Positions 51,166 to 60,141 of a stretch of 64,000 nt of DNA are shown one piece after another. The position numbers were made by a program, and so were the translations under genes. This stretch comes from Alphaproteobacteria bacterium MarineAlpha5_Bin12 (GTDB lineage Bacteria > Pseudomonadota > Alphaproteobacteria > HIMB59 > GCA-002718135), in contig PTKS01000005.1 in the NCBI GenBank assembly GCA_002937855.1, forward strand, positions 64,230 to 128,229, in the 5' to 3' direction. Within the stretch, counting starts at the first letter, position 1; every line of letters begins with the position of its first letter. The notes under the pieces were generated by a model. It made no database searches and had not been told where the DNA came from. It worked only from the letters and a program-made list of their open reading frames with translations.

Positions 51166-53416
51166 GATTGAGAAATTTCAAATAAGTAATTTTAAAGGAT
51201 TTAATGAACCTTTATCTTTAGATATTGCACCTATTACACTTATTTTTGGACCTAATAGCGTTGGAAAATCTTCAATTATTGAAGGTTTGCAAATGATAAA
51301 ACACAGTGGTCCAAATGATCTACAAACATATCTAGAAAATAGACTTGATCTTGGAAGACCAGATGAAATTCTCTCCAGGCAAAATAAAAGCATTAATCCA
51401 AACATTACGTATTCATTTTCTTTTAATTATGCAGGTTTGAATAAACCAAAAGGACCACTTCTTAATAATCTTGAAAGTATTGGAATTAAGAAAAATTTTA
51501 ATCTTACAAAAGATAATATTTATGTGAATAATAAAATTTCTATATTATTTAATAAAAGATTATTTTTTTCACTTAAACTGGGATTCAAAACTAACAAACC
51601 TGAGGAGGTTGAAAAATTAAATCAATTAGAGGGTAAAATAGATTTAATTGATTTAGTACAAATTACTGACAGAATTCCAGAAAACGATCCTTTTTGGAGT
51701 ACATCGCAGCAAGCAGTTTTCACTATAGACACAATTAGTGATAATGATGAGTACTGGGATGATATTTTAAATTTTTTAACTAGAAAAAACATAAGTACAG
51801 AAATATCTAATAAAATTGACTTTGTTATTAATGAAAGAAATCAGAATTCAAGATCTAAGGAGATTACAAAAAGTGAATTAGAGACTTTAATCAAACAATA
51901 TAATGAAAATATAAATTTATTAAAAAAAGGAAATAAAGAAATAATAAATTTTATAAATAAAGTGATTATTGAAAAAGAGTTTAAAGATTTACCTTATAAA
52001 AAATATTTATTAAATTATTTAATCAATAATAAAAAATATGTAAAAAGTGATAAAATTATTTCTCTATTAAAAGAAAATGAAGATACAGTTCCTAATTTAA
52101 ATAAAAAAAGTAATCTTTGGGAGATGGTGACAAATGATTATATTGATAATCTAAATTTAATTAATCAAAAGGAAAAAAATGAGAAAGAAATATTAAAATA
52201 TCTAATCGAAGATATTAACAACAAACTTATCGCAGATGTTGGACTTTCATTAATAAGAGGCGTGACAATAAAAGGTGATAAGGAATATAAATTTGACATT
52301 AATGACGAGTTAATCAACGCTCAATTACAAGCTTCTTTAGATGAAGTAAAAAAAAATGTTGAGAAAATAGATGATATTAATTATTCTATTTCAACTGAAA
52401 ATAGTGATACTTTTAAAGATTTTTCTATAAAAAAACTTAGAGACATTAATATTTTAATTAGTGCATGGTCAAGAACATTACAATTAAGTCAAGAATTAGG
52501 TCCTACGGGTAGAAAAGAAATTAAATCTTCAATCATAAAAGATATTAAACGTAATCTTATTATTGAAGTGGAAGTCAAAGGTTCGGAAAAACAGAGAATT
52601 TTTTATTATAGAAAAAAAAATACACTAATTGATCTATTTACATTAGCAATTGAATCAAATAATCGTAAAGTTGATAATCTATTTCCCAATCTAGAAGAAA
52701 TTATTGATCATTGTGATTCTTTGATAGAAGAAAATCTTGGCAATTTTACTTTTGTCCCATGTTTTCGAAGTTATGAGAGAGTTTATAGATCTACAAGAAA
52801 ATCAATATCAGCAAATCTTGACATAAGTACTTCTACTGCAGATCTTGTCGAAACGTTATCAAGAGATAAGGAATTACTAAAAAAACTTAATGATTGGTTA
52901 AAACAATCAACGCTTAATTCTGAAATTGTTATAGAAGAAGGATCAGATTCAAGAATCATGTATGTCATAGAAGGAGAGAATAAAGTTAAAATAAATATTG
53001 CAGATGCTGGCTCAGGTATTCGAAATTTAATTCCTATCATTGCTGTTATCATTAACGCTAACAGAAAAATTCATCCCTATAGACGAAAAGGAATGGAGAC
53101 AAAGCCTATAATTGCCTTAGAAGAACCAGAGGTTAATTTACATCCCAGACTTCAAATTGATTTAGCAAGCTTTGTTGCAAATTTTAGTAATAAAAGAGAT
53201 TTTATTATTGAAACACATAGTGAGCTGATGATGAGAAAAATTCAACAACTTATAAGAGATAAGGAATCAAATCTTACCTATGAAGATGTTAAGGTTTATT
53301 GTGTTAGAAAAAACCAGGAAGGACATTATGTTGATGAAATAAGAATTGATAGCAATGGAAAGTTTCTTGATGAATGGCCTCATGGTTATTTTAATGAAAG
53401 AATTGAACTTCTGTAA
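51164..53416 (+). CDS. ABC/SMC-like (AAA_15/AAA_21-type) ATPase with very long inter-motif insert and DUF3696-like C-terminus
   Basis: The N-terminus FQISNFKGF...LIFGPNSVGKSS (Walker A at about 51248) is typical when translation starts at ATG 51164. Walker B/D-loop IALEEPEVNLHP lies at about 53111, with H-loop ETHS. The tail G.FLDEWPHGYFNER is DUF3696-like. About 610 aa of K/E/N-rich sequence separate Walker A from Walker B. The track start GTG 51119 is probably upstream of the real start. Confidence 0.8.
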   Translation: MIEKFQISNFKGFNEPLSLDIAPITLIFGPNSVGKSSIIEGLQMIKHSGPNDLQTYLENRLDLGRPDEILSRQNKSINPNITYSFSFNYAGLNKPKGPLLNNLESIGIKKNFNLTKDNIYVNNKISILFNKRLFFSLKLGFKTNKPEEVEKLNQLEGKIDLIDLVQITDRIPENDPFWSTSQQAVFTIDTISDNDEYWDDILNFLTRKNISTEISNKIDFVINERNQNSRSKEITKSELETLIKQYNENINLLKKGNKEIINFINKVIIEKEFKDLPYKKYLLNYLINNKKYVKSDKIISLLKENEDTVPNLNKKSNLWEMVTNDYIDNLNLINQKEKNEKEILKYLIEDINNKLIADVGLSLIRGVTIKGDKEYKFDINDELINAQLQASLDEVKKNVEKIDDINYSISTENSDTFKDFSIKKLRDINILISAWSRTLQLSQELGPTGRKEIKSSIIKDIKRNLIIEVEVKGSEKQRIFYYRKKNTLIDLFTLAIESNNRKVDNLFPNLEEIIDHCDSLIEENLGNFTFVPCFRSYERVYRSTRKSISANLDISTSTADLVETLSRDKELLKKLNDWLKQSTLNSEIVIEEGSDSRIMYVIEGENKVKINIADAGSGIRNLIPIIAVIINANRKIHPYRRKGMETKPIIALEEPEVNLHPRLQIDLASFVANFSNKRDFIIETHSELMMRKIQQLIRDKESNLTYEDVKVYCVRKNQEGHYVDEIRIDSNGKFLDEWPHGYFNERIELL

Positions 53417-53418
53417 AG

Positions 53419-54579
53419 ATGATTTATAATTATGCACTTACACATTATTGTTGTGAATCAGCAGTATTTGAGGAAAAAACATTTCAAAACTTAGTTAATC
53501 TTTTCCAAAAAACAAGGGATGAAAATATAATTTTAATTATAGATAAAAACAAATATTTAATTGATTGTTTGTTAAAAGGTTTAAAAAGTTATTATAAAAC
53601 TAGTTCTGATGAATATTCATATTTTACTGAAATTTTATTGACTTTAGATGATAAGAATAAAATTTATAGACATGATTTTATTTATGATGAAAATAATGTA
53701 AAAGAATTTATTGAATCAATTAAGAGTTCAGGAATTATTATAGATGCGATAATTGTAGACAAAGAAGAAGAAAATACATTTAAAAACGCAATACCTATTG
53801 AAAAGTTTTCTCTAGAACATCAAAATGATAAAGAAAGAATTACAGTAAATAAAAATGGTATCAACCTTATAGATCATGAAATCAATTCACTTGATACAAT
53901 TTATCAAAGAATTGTCTGGGATTCTGTTGTTTTTAAGTATTATGATTATAATTTAGGTAATGGAACATTTAAAACTGAAGAAATTCGAAATCTTGATTTA
54001 ATAAAAAACAACTCAGAGAATGAATCTTCCAAATGGAAAATTTTTAATAATGATATTACATCGCACAAATTAAGACAAATTAATAAATTTAAATTAGGAT
54101 TTCAAAATCTTATAAAAGCTATAAAATCCATAAGTAAAAAAATTAAAAAAGAAAAAAATGTCTTAATTGAGGTATTCACACCTCAACCTTTAAAAAATTT
54201 AAAATCACTAAATGCTGAAGATAAAATTAAAAATATGCAACAAAATCTTTTAATGCTTCAGCTTTTAGACGAAAAGATATGTAGCGAGATTCAAGAGGAA
54301 AATATTAGTTTAAAAATTTATTTTTATGACTCTTTATTAGATGGAAAAAGTAAATATGGTAGCGCCGAACATAATCGTCTGTTTTTTTCCTTGTCTTCCA
54401 ATCAAATTGATGTTGCAAAAGGCCTTGATATATATGACTTAAAAACAAAAGAAATTCAGCAAGGAAAATGGCGTTTTTTAGGTTCTAAGGAAGATACACA
54501 ACAGGACATAAGCAACAGAAACCCATTAGATATAAAGAAATACAAAGAAAATATTGAACATTATTTGGGAAATTTATAA
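53419..54579 (+). CDS. Hypothetical protein, tightly coupled partner of the ATPase (no recognisable domain)
   Basis: 386 aa ORF starting 2 nt after the ATPase stop. I found no nuclease, Toprim, HNH, TIR, Sir2 or TM motif. Coding status is supported by length and coupling only. Confidence 0.5.
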   Translation: MIYNYALTHYCCESAVFEEKTFQNLVNLFQKTRDENIILIIDKNKYLIDCLLKGLKSYYKTSSDEYSYFTEILLTLDDKNKIYRHDFIYDENNVKEFIESIKSSGIIIDAIIVDKEEENTFKNAIPIEKFSLEHQNDKERITVNKNGINLIDHEINSLDTIYQRIVWDSVVFKYYDYNLGNGTFKTEEIRNLDLIKNNSENESSKWKIFNNDITSHKLRQINKFKLGFQNLIKAIKSISKKIKKEKNVLIEVFTPQPLKNLKSLNAEDKIKNMQQNLLMLQLLDEKICSEIQEENISLKIYFYDSLLDGKSKYGSAEHNRLFFSLSSNQIDVAKGLDIYDLKTKEIQQGKWRFLGSKEDTQQDISNRNPLDIKKYKENIEHYLGNL

Positions 54580-54585
54580 ATTACA

Positions 54586-54615
54586 CTTGAATCTTAATTA
54601 GTATTTGCTATATTT
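54586..54615 (+). promoter_or_regulatory. Candidate promoter upstream of the sigma gene: CTTGAAT - N16 - TGCTATATT
   Basis: Direct reading. CTTGAA lies at 54586-54591 and TG-C-TATATT at 54606-54614, about 25 nt upstream of ATG 54639. It fits either an extended -10 sigma-70 promoter or a sigma-32-type CTTGAA/CTAT element. Confidence 0.35.
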
Positions 54616-54638
54616 AATTATAGGCAAAGCAGCCTGAA

Positions 54639-55457
54639 ATGTATAATTCAATAGCGGGCCAGCTGCGGGTCCCAGAGCCTCTTAAAGATGAACTTGGAAA
54701 GAAATCCAAGGAACCTCTATTATCATATCAAGAAGAGATCGATTTATTCAATAAATATAGATCTTATAATGATAAAAAAAGTTACGAGAGAATATTTTTT
54801 TCTCATATAAGGCTAGTCAATAAATTTGCTAAATTATTTGCAAAATCTAATCCTGAGCTATTTTATGAATTACAAAGTGAAGGTTTTAAGGGGTTAGCAA
54901 TAGCTATAAAAAAATTTGATATTTCAAAATCTAGACTCTGTACATATGCTTCTTATTGGATCCTTCATTCTATTGATACATTTTTTGTCCAAAATAACTT
55001 TGGTAATATTCATCTAGGAAAAAGCTTTACAGAAAAAAAAGTTTTTTATTTGTTAAAAAAATCTTTTATTGAACCAGATAAAATCAAAGAAGAAGATTTA
55101 ATAAAAATTGCTAAAGAAAATAAATTAAGTGTGGCAAAAATTAAAGATATAGTCGCACTAATTTCATACAATCATTTAAATGCAGAAGATGTATCGGTGA
55201 TTGATGATAGACCTAATCAACTTGATAATATAATTACAAAAGAATCATTTAACATTAATTTAAAAATTTTTAAAAAAAGAGTATCTGAGTTAAACAAGAG
55301 AGATAAAAGAATATTTGAGAAAAAACACTTTTTAAATAAAACATATAAAGAAATAGCCAAAGAAGAGGGTATTTCTTTTCAGCGAGTTAGTCAGATAGAT
55401 AATAGAAGTATTGATAACCTTAAATCACAACTCAAAAACTGTTATGAGGCTGCTTAA
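54639..55457 (+). CDS. Sigma-70 family RNA polymerase sigma factor, divergent RpoH (sigma-32)-like
   Basis: 272 aa, collinear with RpoH. Region 2 is IRLVNKFAK...ELQSEGFKGLAIAIKKFD...YASYWILHSI. An RpoH-box-like segment is GKSFTEKKVFYLLKK. Region 4.2 HTH is TYKEIAKEEGISFQRVSQIDNRSIDNLK. Confidence 0.75.
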   Translation: MYNSIAGQLRVPEPLKDELGKKSKEPLLSYQEEIDLFNKYRSYNDKKSYERIFFSHIRLVNKFAKLFAKSNPELFYELQSEGFKGLAIAIKKFDISKSRLCTYASYWILHSIDTFFVQNNFGNIHLGKSFTEKKVFYLLKKSFIEPDKIKEEDLIKIAKENKLSVAKIKDIVALISYNHLNAEDVSVIDDRPNQLDNIITKESFNINLKIFKKRVSELNKRDKRIFEKKHFLNKTYKEIAKEEGISFQRVSQIDNRSIDNLKSQLKNCYEAA

Positions 55458-55459
55458 TA

Positions 55460-55470
55460 TGCTATATAAT
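55460..55470 (+). promoter_or_regulatory. Candidate -10 element upstream of the TerB-GHKL operon: TGCTATATAAT
   Basis: It shares the 8-mer TGCTATAT with the sigma-gene upstream region at nearly identical distance from the ATG (34 vs 33 nt). It contains a perfect TATAAT at 55465-55470. The AT-rich background makes chance -10 matches common. Confidence 0.3.
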
Positions 55471-55493
55471 TCTATTAAAAAAACGGAAAAAAA

Positions 55494-55865
55494 ATGGATA
55501 ATCAAAACACTACAAATGAATTCAAAATACGAATTCTTATTTTACTTGCCATTGCTGATAAAGACTTTCATAAAGATGAGGATAAGATGATTAAGTCTTT
55601 ACTAAAGAAACGTAATGTTGATATGCAAAATTATGAAACAATTAAAAATGAAATTTTCAATTCAGAAGATAATTTTGATAATTTATGTAGAGATTCTTTA
55701 AAAAAAATTAATAATGAAGATGATCAACAAGATTTATTAAAAATTCTTTTTTTATTATCAATGGCTGATCTAATTCTTCATGAAGATGAACTTCGCTTCA
55801 TTGAGCTTTGTGCTGTTGAATGGGGTATATATGGAAACAATTTAAAAGAAATGATTAATAATTAG
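55494..55865 (+). CDS. TerB-like small helical protein
   Basis: 123 aa. Two repeats of the hydrophobic-ADxxxHxDE pattern (LLAIADKDFHKDEDKMI and LLSMADLILHEDELRFI), as in TerB/DjlA-N type domains. Its stop lies 2 nt before the GHKL gene. Confidence 0.5.
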   Translation: MDNQNTTNEFKIRILILLAIADKDFHKDEDKMIKSLLKKRNVDMQNYETIKNEIFNSEDNFDNLCRDSLKKINNEDDQQDLLKILFLLSMADLILHEDELRFIELCAVEWGIYGNNLKEMINN

Positions 55866-55867
55866 TT

Positions 55868-57178
55868 ATGAATATAGAATTAATTCCTAGACCAAGTAGC
55901 ATGATCATTGCATTGAGATCATTTGGATATACACCTGAATCAGCTATTGCTGATATTATTGATAATTCAATTGCAGCAAATGCAAAAAATATTGATGTTA
56001 CAACATATGATGGCGGGGATAATAAAAATAACAATTATGTTTCAATATGTGATGACGGAAAAGGATTAAATGAAAAAGAATTAATTGAAAAAGCAATGCC
56101 TTGGGGGGCAAAGGATGAGCCAAGAGAATATTGCGATCTTGGAAAATTTGGATTTGGATTGAAATCTGCATCATTATCTCAATGTAAAAAATTAACTGTT
56201 ATTTCAAAAGGAAGTGAAGGAAAAATCAATTTAAAAAAATGGGATGTAGATCATGTTCAAAAAACAGATAAATGGGAAATAACTGATGAAATTACAGATG
56301 ATTTAAAACCACACATAAAAAAAATTGACCATAAACAAACAGGAACTTTAGTCTTGTGGCAAAATTTAGATAAACTTTATGAAGCCGATACTTACAATAA
56401 AAAATTTCAACACAGAATAATGAAGCGTGTCCAAAGGTTAGCTGAAAAACATATATCAATGATTTTTCATAACTTCGCTGATAATATAAATTTTACTTTA
56501 CAAGATGGCAAATTTCCCGTTGTAGCTTGGGACCCTTTTCACACTAATAATATTCAAACAATTGCAACGCCTTTAGAAACATTAGAATACAAAGATAGTA
56601 CAATTTCCATTATGTCTTTTATTCTTCCAGAAGAAAAATTCTTTGAAGATGAACAATATCATGGACCAACAGGTGATTGGAATGACAGACAAGGAATATA
56701 TATTTATAGAAAGGAAAGATTAATTGTGCCAGGAGGATGGCATAACATAGAATTAAGAAATAGACCTATATTAAGAAGAGAAAAATATAACCGTTTAAGA
56801 ATATTAGTTAATTATGATGGCAAAAATGATAATGATTGGAGACTAGATGTTAGAAAAAATAGTGTAATTATTCCTGGAGCTATAAAATACAAACTTAGTC
56901 AAATTGTTGAAGAACAATTAGAAAAATTACAAAAAAAGAATTTTAAATCAACACCCGTTATTAAATCTGGTGAAATTACTCCTTGGCTTATTCGAAATAA
57001 TTATGGAAAATTAAGTGCTAAAATAGACAGGAGCAATTTATTAGTTAAAAAGATTATGGATACTAATAAATTCAATAAAGATGAATTTGAAAATCTTTTA
57101 AAAATTTTAGAAAAAACTATCCCATTAGAAAATATTGATTTTAATAATTCTAGTGAGAAACTAATCCAAGAAAATTAA
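55868..57178 (+). CDS. GHKL (HATPase_c_3, MORC/paraMORC-like) ATPase
   Basis: 436 aa. N-box AIADIIDNSIAANA, G1 box ICDDGKGLNEKEL, G2 box GKFGFGLKSAS. Confidence 0.8.
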   Translation: MNIELIPRPSSMIIALRSFGYTPESAIADIIDNSIAANAKNIDVTTYDGGDNKNNNYVSICDDGKGLNEKELIEKAMPWGAKDEPREYCDLGKFGFGLKSASLSQCKKLTVISKGSEGKINLKKWDVDHVQKTDKWEITDEITDDLKPHIKKIDHKQTGTLVLWQNLDKLYEADTYNKKFQHRIMKRVQRLAEKHISMIFHNFADNINFTLQDGKFPVVAWDPFHTNNIQTIATPLETLEYKDSTISIMSFILPEEKFFEDEQYHGPTGDWNDRQGIYIYRKERLIVPGGWHNIELRNRPILRREKYNRLRILVNYDGKNDNDWRLDVRKNSVIIPGAIKYKLSQIVEEQLEKLQKKNFKSTPVIKSGEITPWLIRNNYGKLSAKIDRSNLLVKKIMDTNKFNKDEFENLLKILEKTIPLENIDFNNSSEKLIQEN

Positions 57179-57195
57179 GATATGGTAAAAATATA

Positions 57196-60141
57196 ATGAG
57201 TGCAGATGATTATAGATCAGCAAGACAGGCTATAATAAATATTATTAAACCAGATAATATAGAGGAAAATAAAGTTCCTACTGAGCAAGAAGCTGAAAAA
57301 CTAATTGATCAAACAATTGATAATATTTTCAATTTACAACCTCGATGGAAAGAAACTGTCGATAGAAAAATACTCCTAAAAGATTTGTTGCAACAAATGA
57401 CCGTTTTATTTCCTGATAAAGAAGTTATTTTTAAAAAAAGTGAAGGTAGTGATCATAAAGAATGGTTTGAAGATAAATGGAAAGAAGGTAAAATTAAATG
57501 GAATTATTATAAGAGATACCAAGAATATCTTGAATATTATTCAGACATGCCACCTTTAACAATTTCGAAATTGGATAGATTAACTACTAAAATTATTGAA
57601 CAAATTGAAGATCCAGAAAGAGACGATACATCATGGGATATAAGAGGATCGGTTATAGGTCAGGTTCAATCTGGTAAAACAGCAAACTATATAGGTTTAA
57701 TTAATAAGGCTCTAGATGCTGGCTATAAAAGAATTATTATTTTATGTGGACTTAACAATGACTTGAGATCGCAAACTCAACAAAGAATAGAAGAGGGGGT
57801 TACAGGACGAGCTTATTCTCAATCTGCTGGTTTACAGAACTTTAAAGTAGGGGTTGGTAACATTAATAATTTTTCTGATATTGATGGAAAAGTTCAACTT
57901 TGTACCACAAGGGACGATAACGGTGATTTCAATACAACAAGAGCAAGATCATTTCAACCTTCAGATGACACCCCTGTTATTCTAATAATTAAAAAAAATG
58001 TATCTGTTCTTGAAAACGTTCTTTTGTGGATTCTCAAATATGAAAGCCAAAATACTTGGCATGAAGAAAAAGATCCTTGGGAGTGGAGACAAAGACTAAA
58101 AAAAGATATTGAATCAATTGAAATTGACAATCGCAAAACAAAAGTCCCTCGTGTCAAAAACAGACCTGTTCTTTTGATAGATGATGAATGTGATCAAGCA
58201 TCTATTGATACAAATCTTGATACTGACATGTTACAAGGTGAACCAGATCCTGAACATGACCCAACATTAACGAATAAGTTAATAAGAAGAATTCTTGATG
58301 CTTACGATAAATCTGTTTATGTTGGTTATACAGCTACGCCATATGCCAATGTTTTTATTGATCCAAGACTAAAATCAAAACAAGCTGGAAAGGATATCTT
58401 TCCAGAAGATTTTATAATTAACCTTCCTGCACCAAGTAGTTATATTGGTCCTGCGCAAATTTTTTCAGATATAGAAAAAAAATCTAACGTGATTAATAGT
58501 ATTTCAGATTATTTAGATGAAGGTGAAGATCCAAATGATAGAGCTGCATCAGGATGGATGCCTCCAAGGCATGATATTAATCATATACCACAATATAAAA
58601 ACCAAAATGAATTGCCAACTTCTCTCAAAGAAGCAATAATATCTTTTCTCATATCTTGTGCAGTAAGAAAATTAAGGGGTTATGATAAGGGAAATAGTAT
58701 GCTTGTTCATGTTTCAAGATTTGTATCTGTTTCAGAAAGAGCTGGAAACCAAATTCAAGAATTTATTAATGATCTAGAGTCTATTAATGTAGGAAATTTC
58801 TCTTATGAAAGTTTAATTAAAGAAATTTGGGATTCTAAATTTACTAATCATATAAATGATAATTTTAATTTTGATAAAAACAAAATTAAATTTGATGATG
58901 TTTATTTAATTATTCAGCAATCATTACAAACTAATAAAACTGTAGTAGAACTTGTTAATGGATCTGCTTTAAGCAAAAGTGAATACGACAAATCATTAAA
59001 AGCAAATAAAAATATTATTGCTGTAGGTGGACAAAGATTATCAAGAGGTCTTACGTTGAAGAGCCTTATGATTAGTTATTTTCTAAGAACAGCCAGAAGA
59101 CCACTTACTGATACAATGACACAAATGGGTCGATGGTTTGGATATAGACCTAACTATAGTGATTTGTGTAAACTTTACATAACTGATGAATTAGAGCAAA
59201 ACTTCAGAGACTTTGCGATTGCAGACTATGAGTTTAGAAATAAAATTGAAGAAATGAATGAGCAAGAGAGAACTCCTAAGAATTATCAATTAATGGTGCA
59301 AAGAGATCCAAACTATGCTTTATCTTCAAGAAACAAGCTTCACTATACAAGTGTGGTAAGACTGGATTTTAGTGATTATCATGGACAAACAATTGTTCTC
59401 CATAAGGATAATTCTTCGGAAGCTAAAAATAATAGAGATAGTGTAAGAGATTTAGTTCTCTCTTTAAATAAACCAGATCAAAATAGAGAAAATAAAAATA
59501 ATTGTTATTTATGGAAAAAAACTGAAAGTAAAAAAATTATTAAATTTTTACAGAAATATAAAACACACGAAAATAATACAAAAATTCATACTGAAAGTTT
59601 TATTGATTATATTCAAAGGATGAATAATTATGGTGAGTTAAAATTTTGGTCCGTTGGTATAATTTCCAAGACATCAACTGAAGATAAAGTAAGATTAATA
59701 CATAATGATTTAGTTAACTTTCCTGTTAATTGTATGGAAAGATCACCAAATAAAAAAAATAAAAAAACTGATGATAAAAATACACATACTATAGGAATTT
59801 TGGATCAAGAAATTGATGAATCCTTTGATTTAAATAATGCAGAATATAATGCTGCTATAGAAAAATGGGAATTGGAAGATGGTAGAAGATTAAATAAATC
59901 AAAAAGATTTTATTACAGATGGGCAAGAGGACGTGCATATTTAGATAACTATTATCAAGATATAGAAAACGATAATTATCATAGAGGTCAATTATTAATT
60001 TATCCTATTATAAATCCAAAAGAACCAAAAAAAGATCAATTACCTATGATAGGAATAACTATAACTTTTCCTGGATTAAGTACTAATGATAGCAGAGAAG
60101 TTATTATGTCAAACTTTCAAGCAGAAAGAATACATGAATAA
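57196..60141 (+). CDS. Z1 domain protein (SF2 helicase-like NTPase)
   Basis: 981 aa. Walker A GQVQSGKTANY and Walker B LLIDDECDQAS. The Z1 signature is VGGQRLSRGLTLKSLMISYFLR....DTMTQMGRWFGYRPNYSDLCKLY. Confidence 0.85.
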   Translation: MSADDYRSARQAIINIIKPDNIEENKVPTEQEAEKLIDQTIDNIFNLQPRWKETVDRKILLKDLLQQMTVLFPDKEVIFKKSEGSDHKEWFEDKWKEGKIKWNYYKRYQEYLEYYSDMPPLTISKLDRLTTKIIEQIEDPERDDTSWDIRGSVIGQVQSGKTANYIGLINKALDAGYKRIIILCGLNNDLRSQTQQRIEEGVTGRAYSQSAGLQNFKVGVGNINNFSDIDGKVQLCTTRDDNGDFNTTRARSFQPSDDTPVILIIKKNVSVLENVLLWILKYESQNTWHEEKDPWEWRQRLKKDIESIEIDNRKTKVPRVKNRPVLLIDDECDQASIDTNLDTDMLQGEPDPEHDPTLTNKLIRRILDAYDKSVYVGYTATPYANVFIDPRLKSKQAGKDIFPEDFIINLPAPSSYIGPAQIFSDIEKKSNVINSISDYLDEGEDPNDRAASGWMPPRHDINHIPQYKNQNELPTSLKEAIISFLISCAVRKLRGYDKGNSMLVHVSRFVSVSERAGNQIQEFINDLESINVGNFSYESLIKEIWDSKFTNHINDNFNFDKNKIKFDDVYLIIQQSLQTNKTVVELVNGSALSKSEYDKSLKANKNIIAVGGQRLSRGLTLKSLMISYFLRTARRPLTDTMTQMGRWFGYRPNYSDLCKLYITDELEQNFRDFAIADYEFRNKIEEMNEQERTPKNYQLMVQRDPNYALSSRNKLHYTSVVRLDFSDYHGQTIVLHKDNSSEAKNNRDSVRDLVLSLNKPDQNRENKNNCYLWKKTESKKIIKFLQKYKTHENNTKIHTESFIDYIQRMNNYGELKFWSVGIISKTSTEDKVRLIHNDLVNFPVNCMERSPNKKNKKTDDKNTHTIGILDQEIDESFDLNNAEYNAAIEKWELEDGRRLNKSKRFYYRWARGRAYLDNYYQDIENDNYHRGQLLIYPIINPKEPKKDQLPMIGITITFPGLSTNDSREVIMSNFQAERIHE

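Noticed and set aside
60086-60133. Upstream start of the PD-(D/E)XK gene, overlapping 56 nt of the Z1 gene
   Set aside because: The ATG at 60134 forms a classical ATGAATAA start/stop overlap with the Z1 stop. That is more consistent with the coupling seen elsewhere in the cluster. It cannot be decided from sequence alone.
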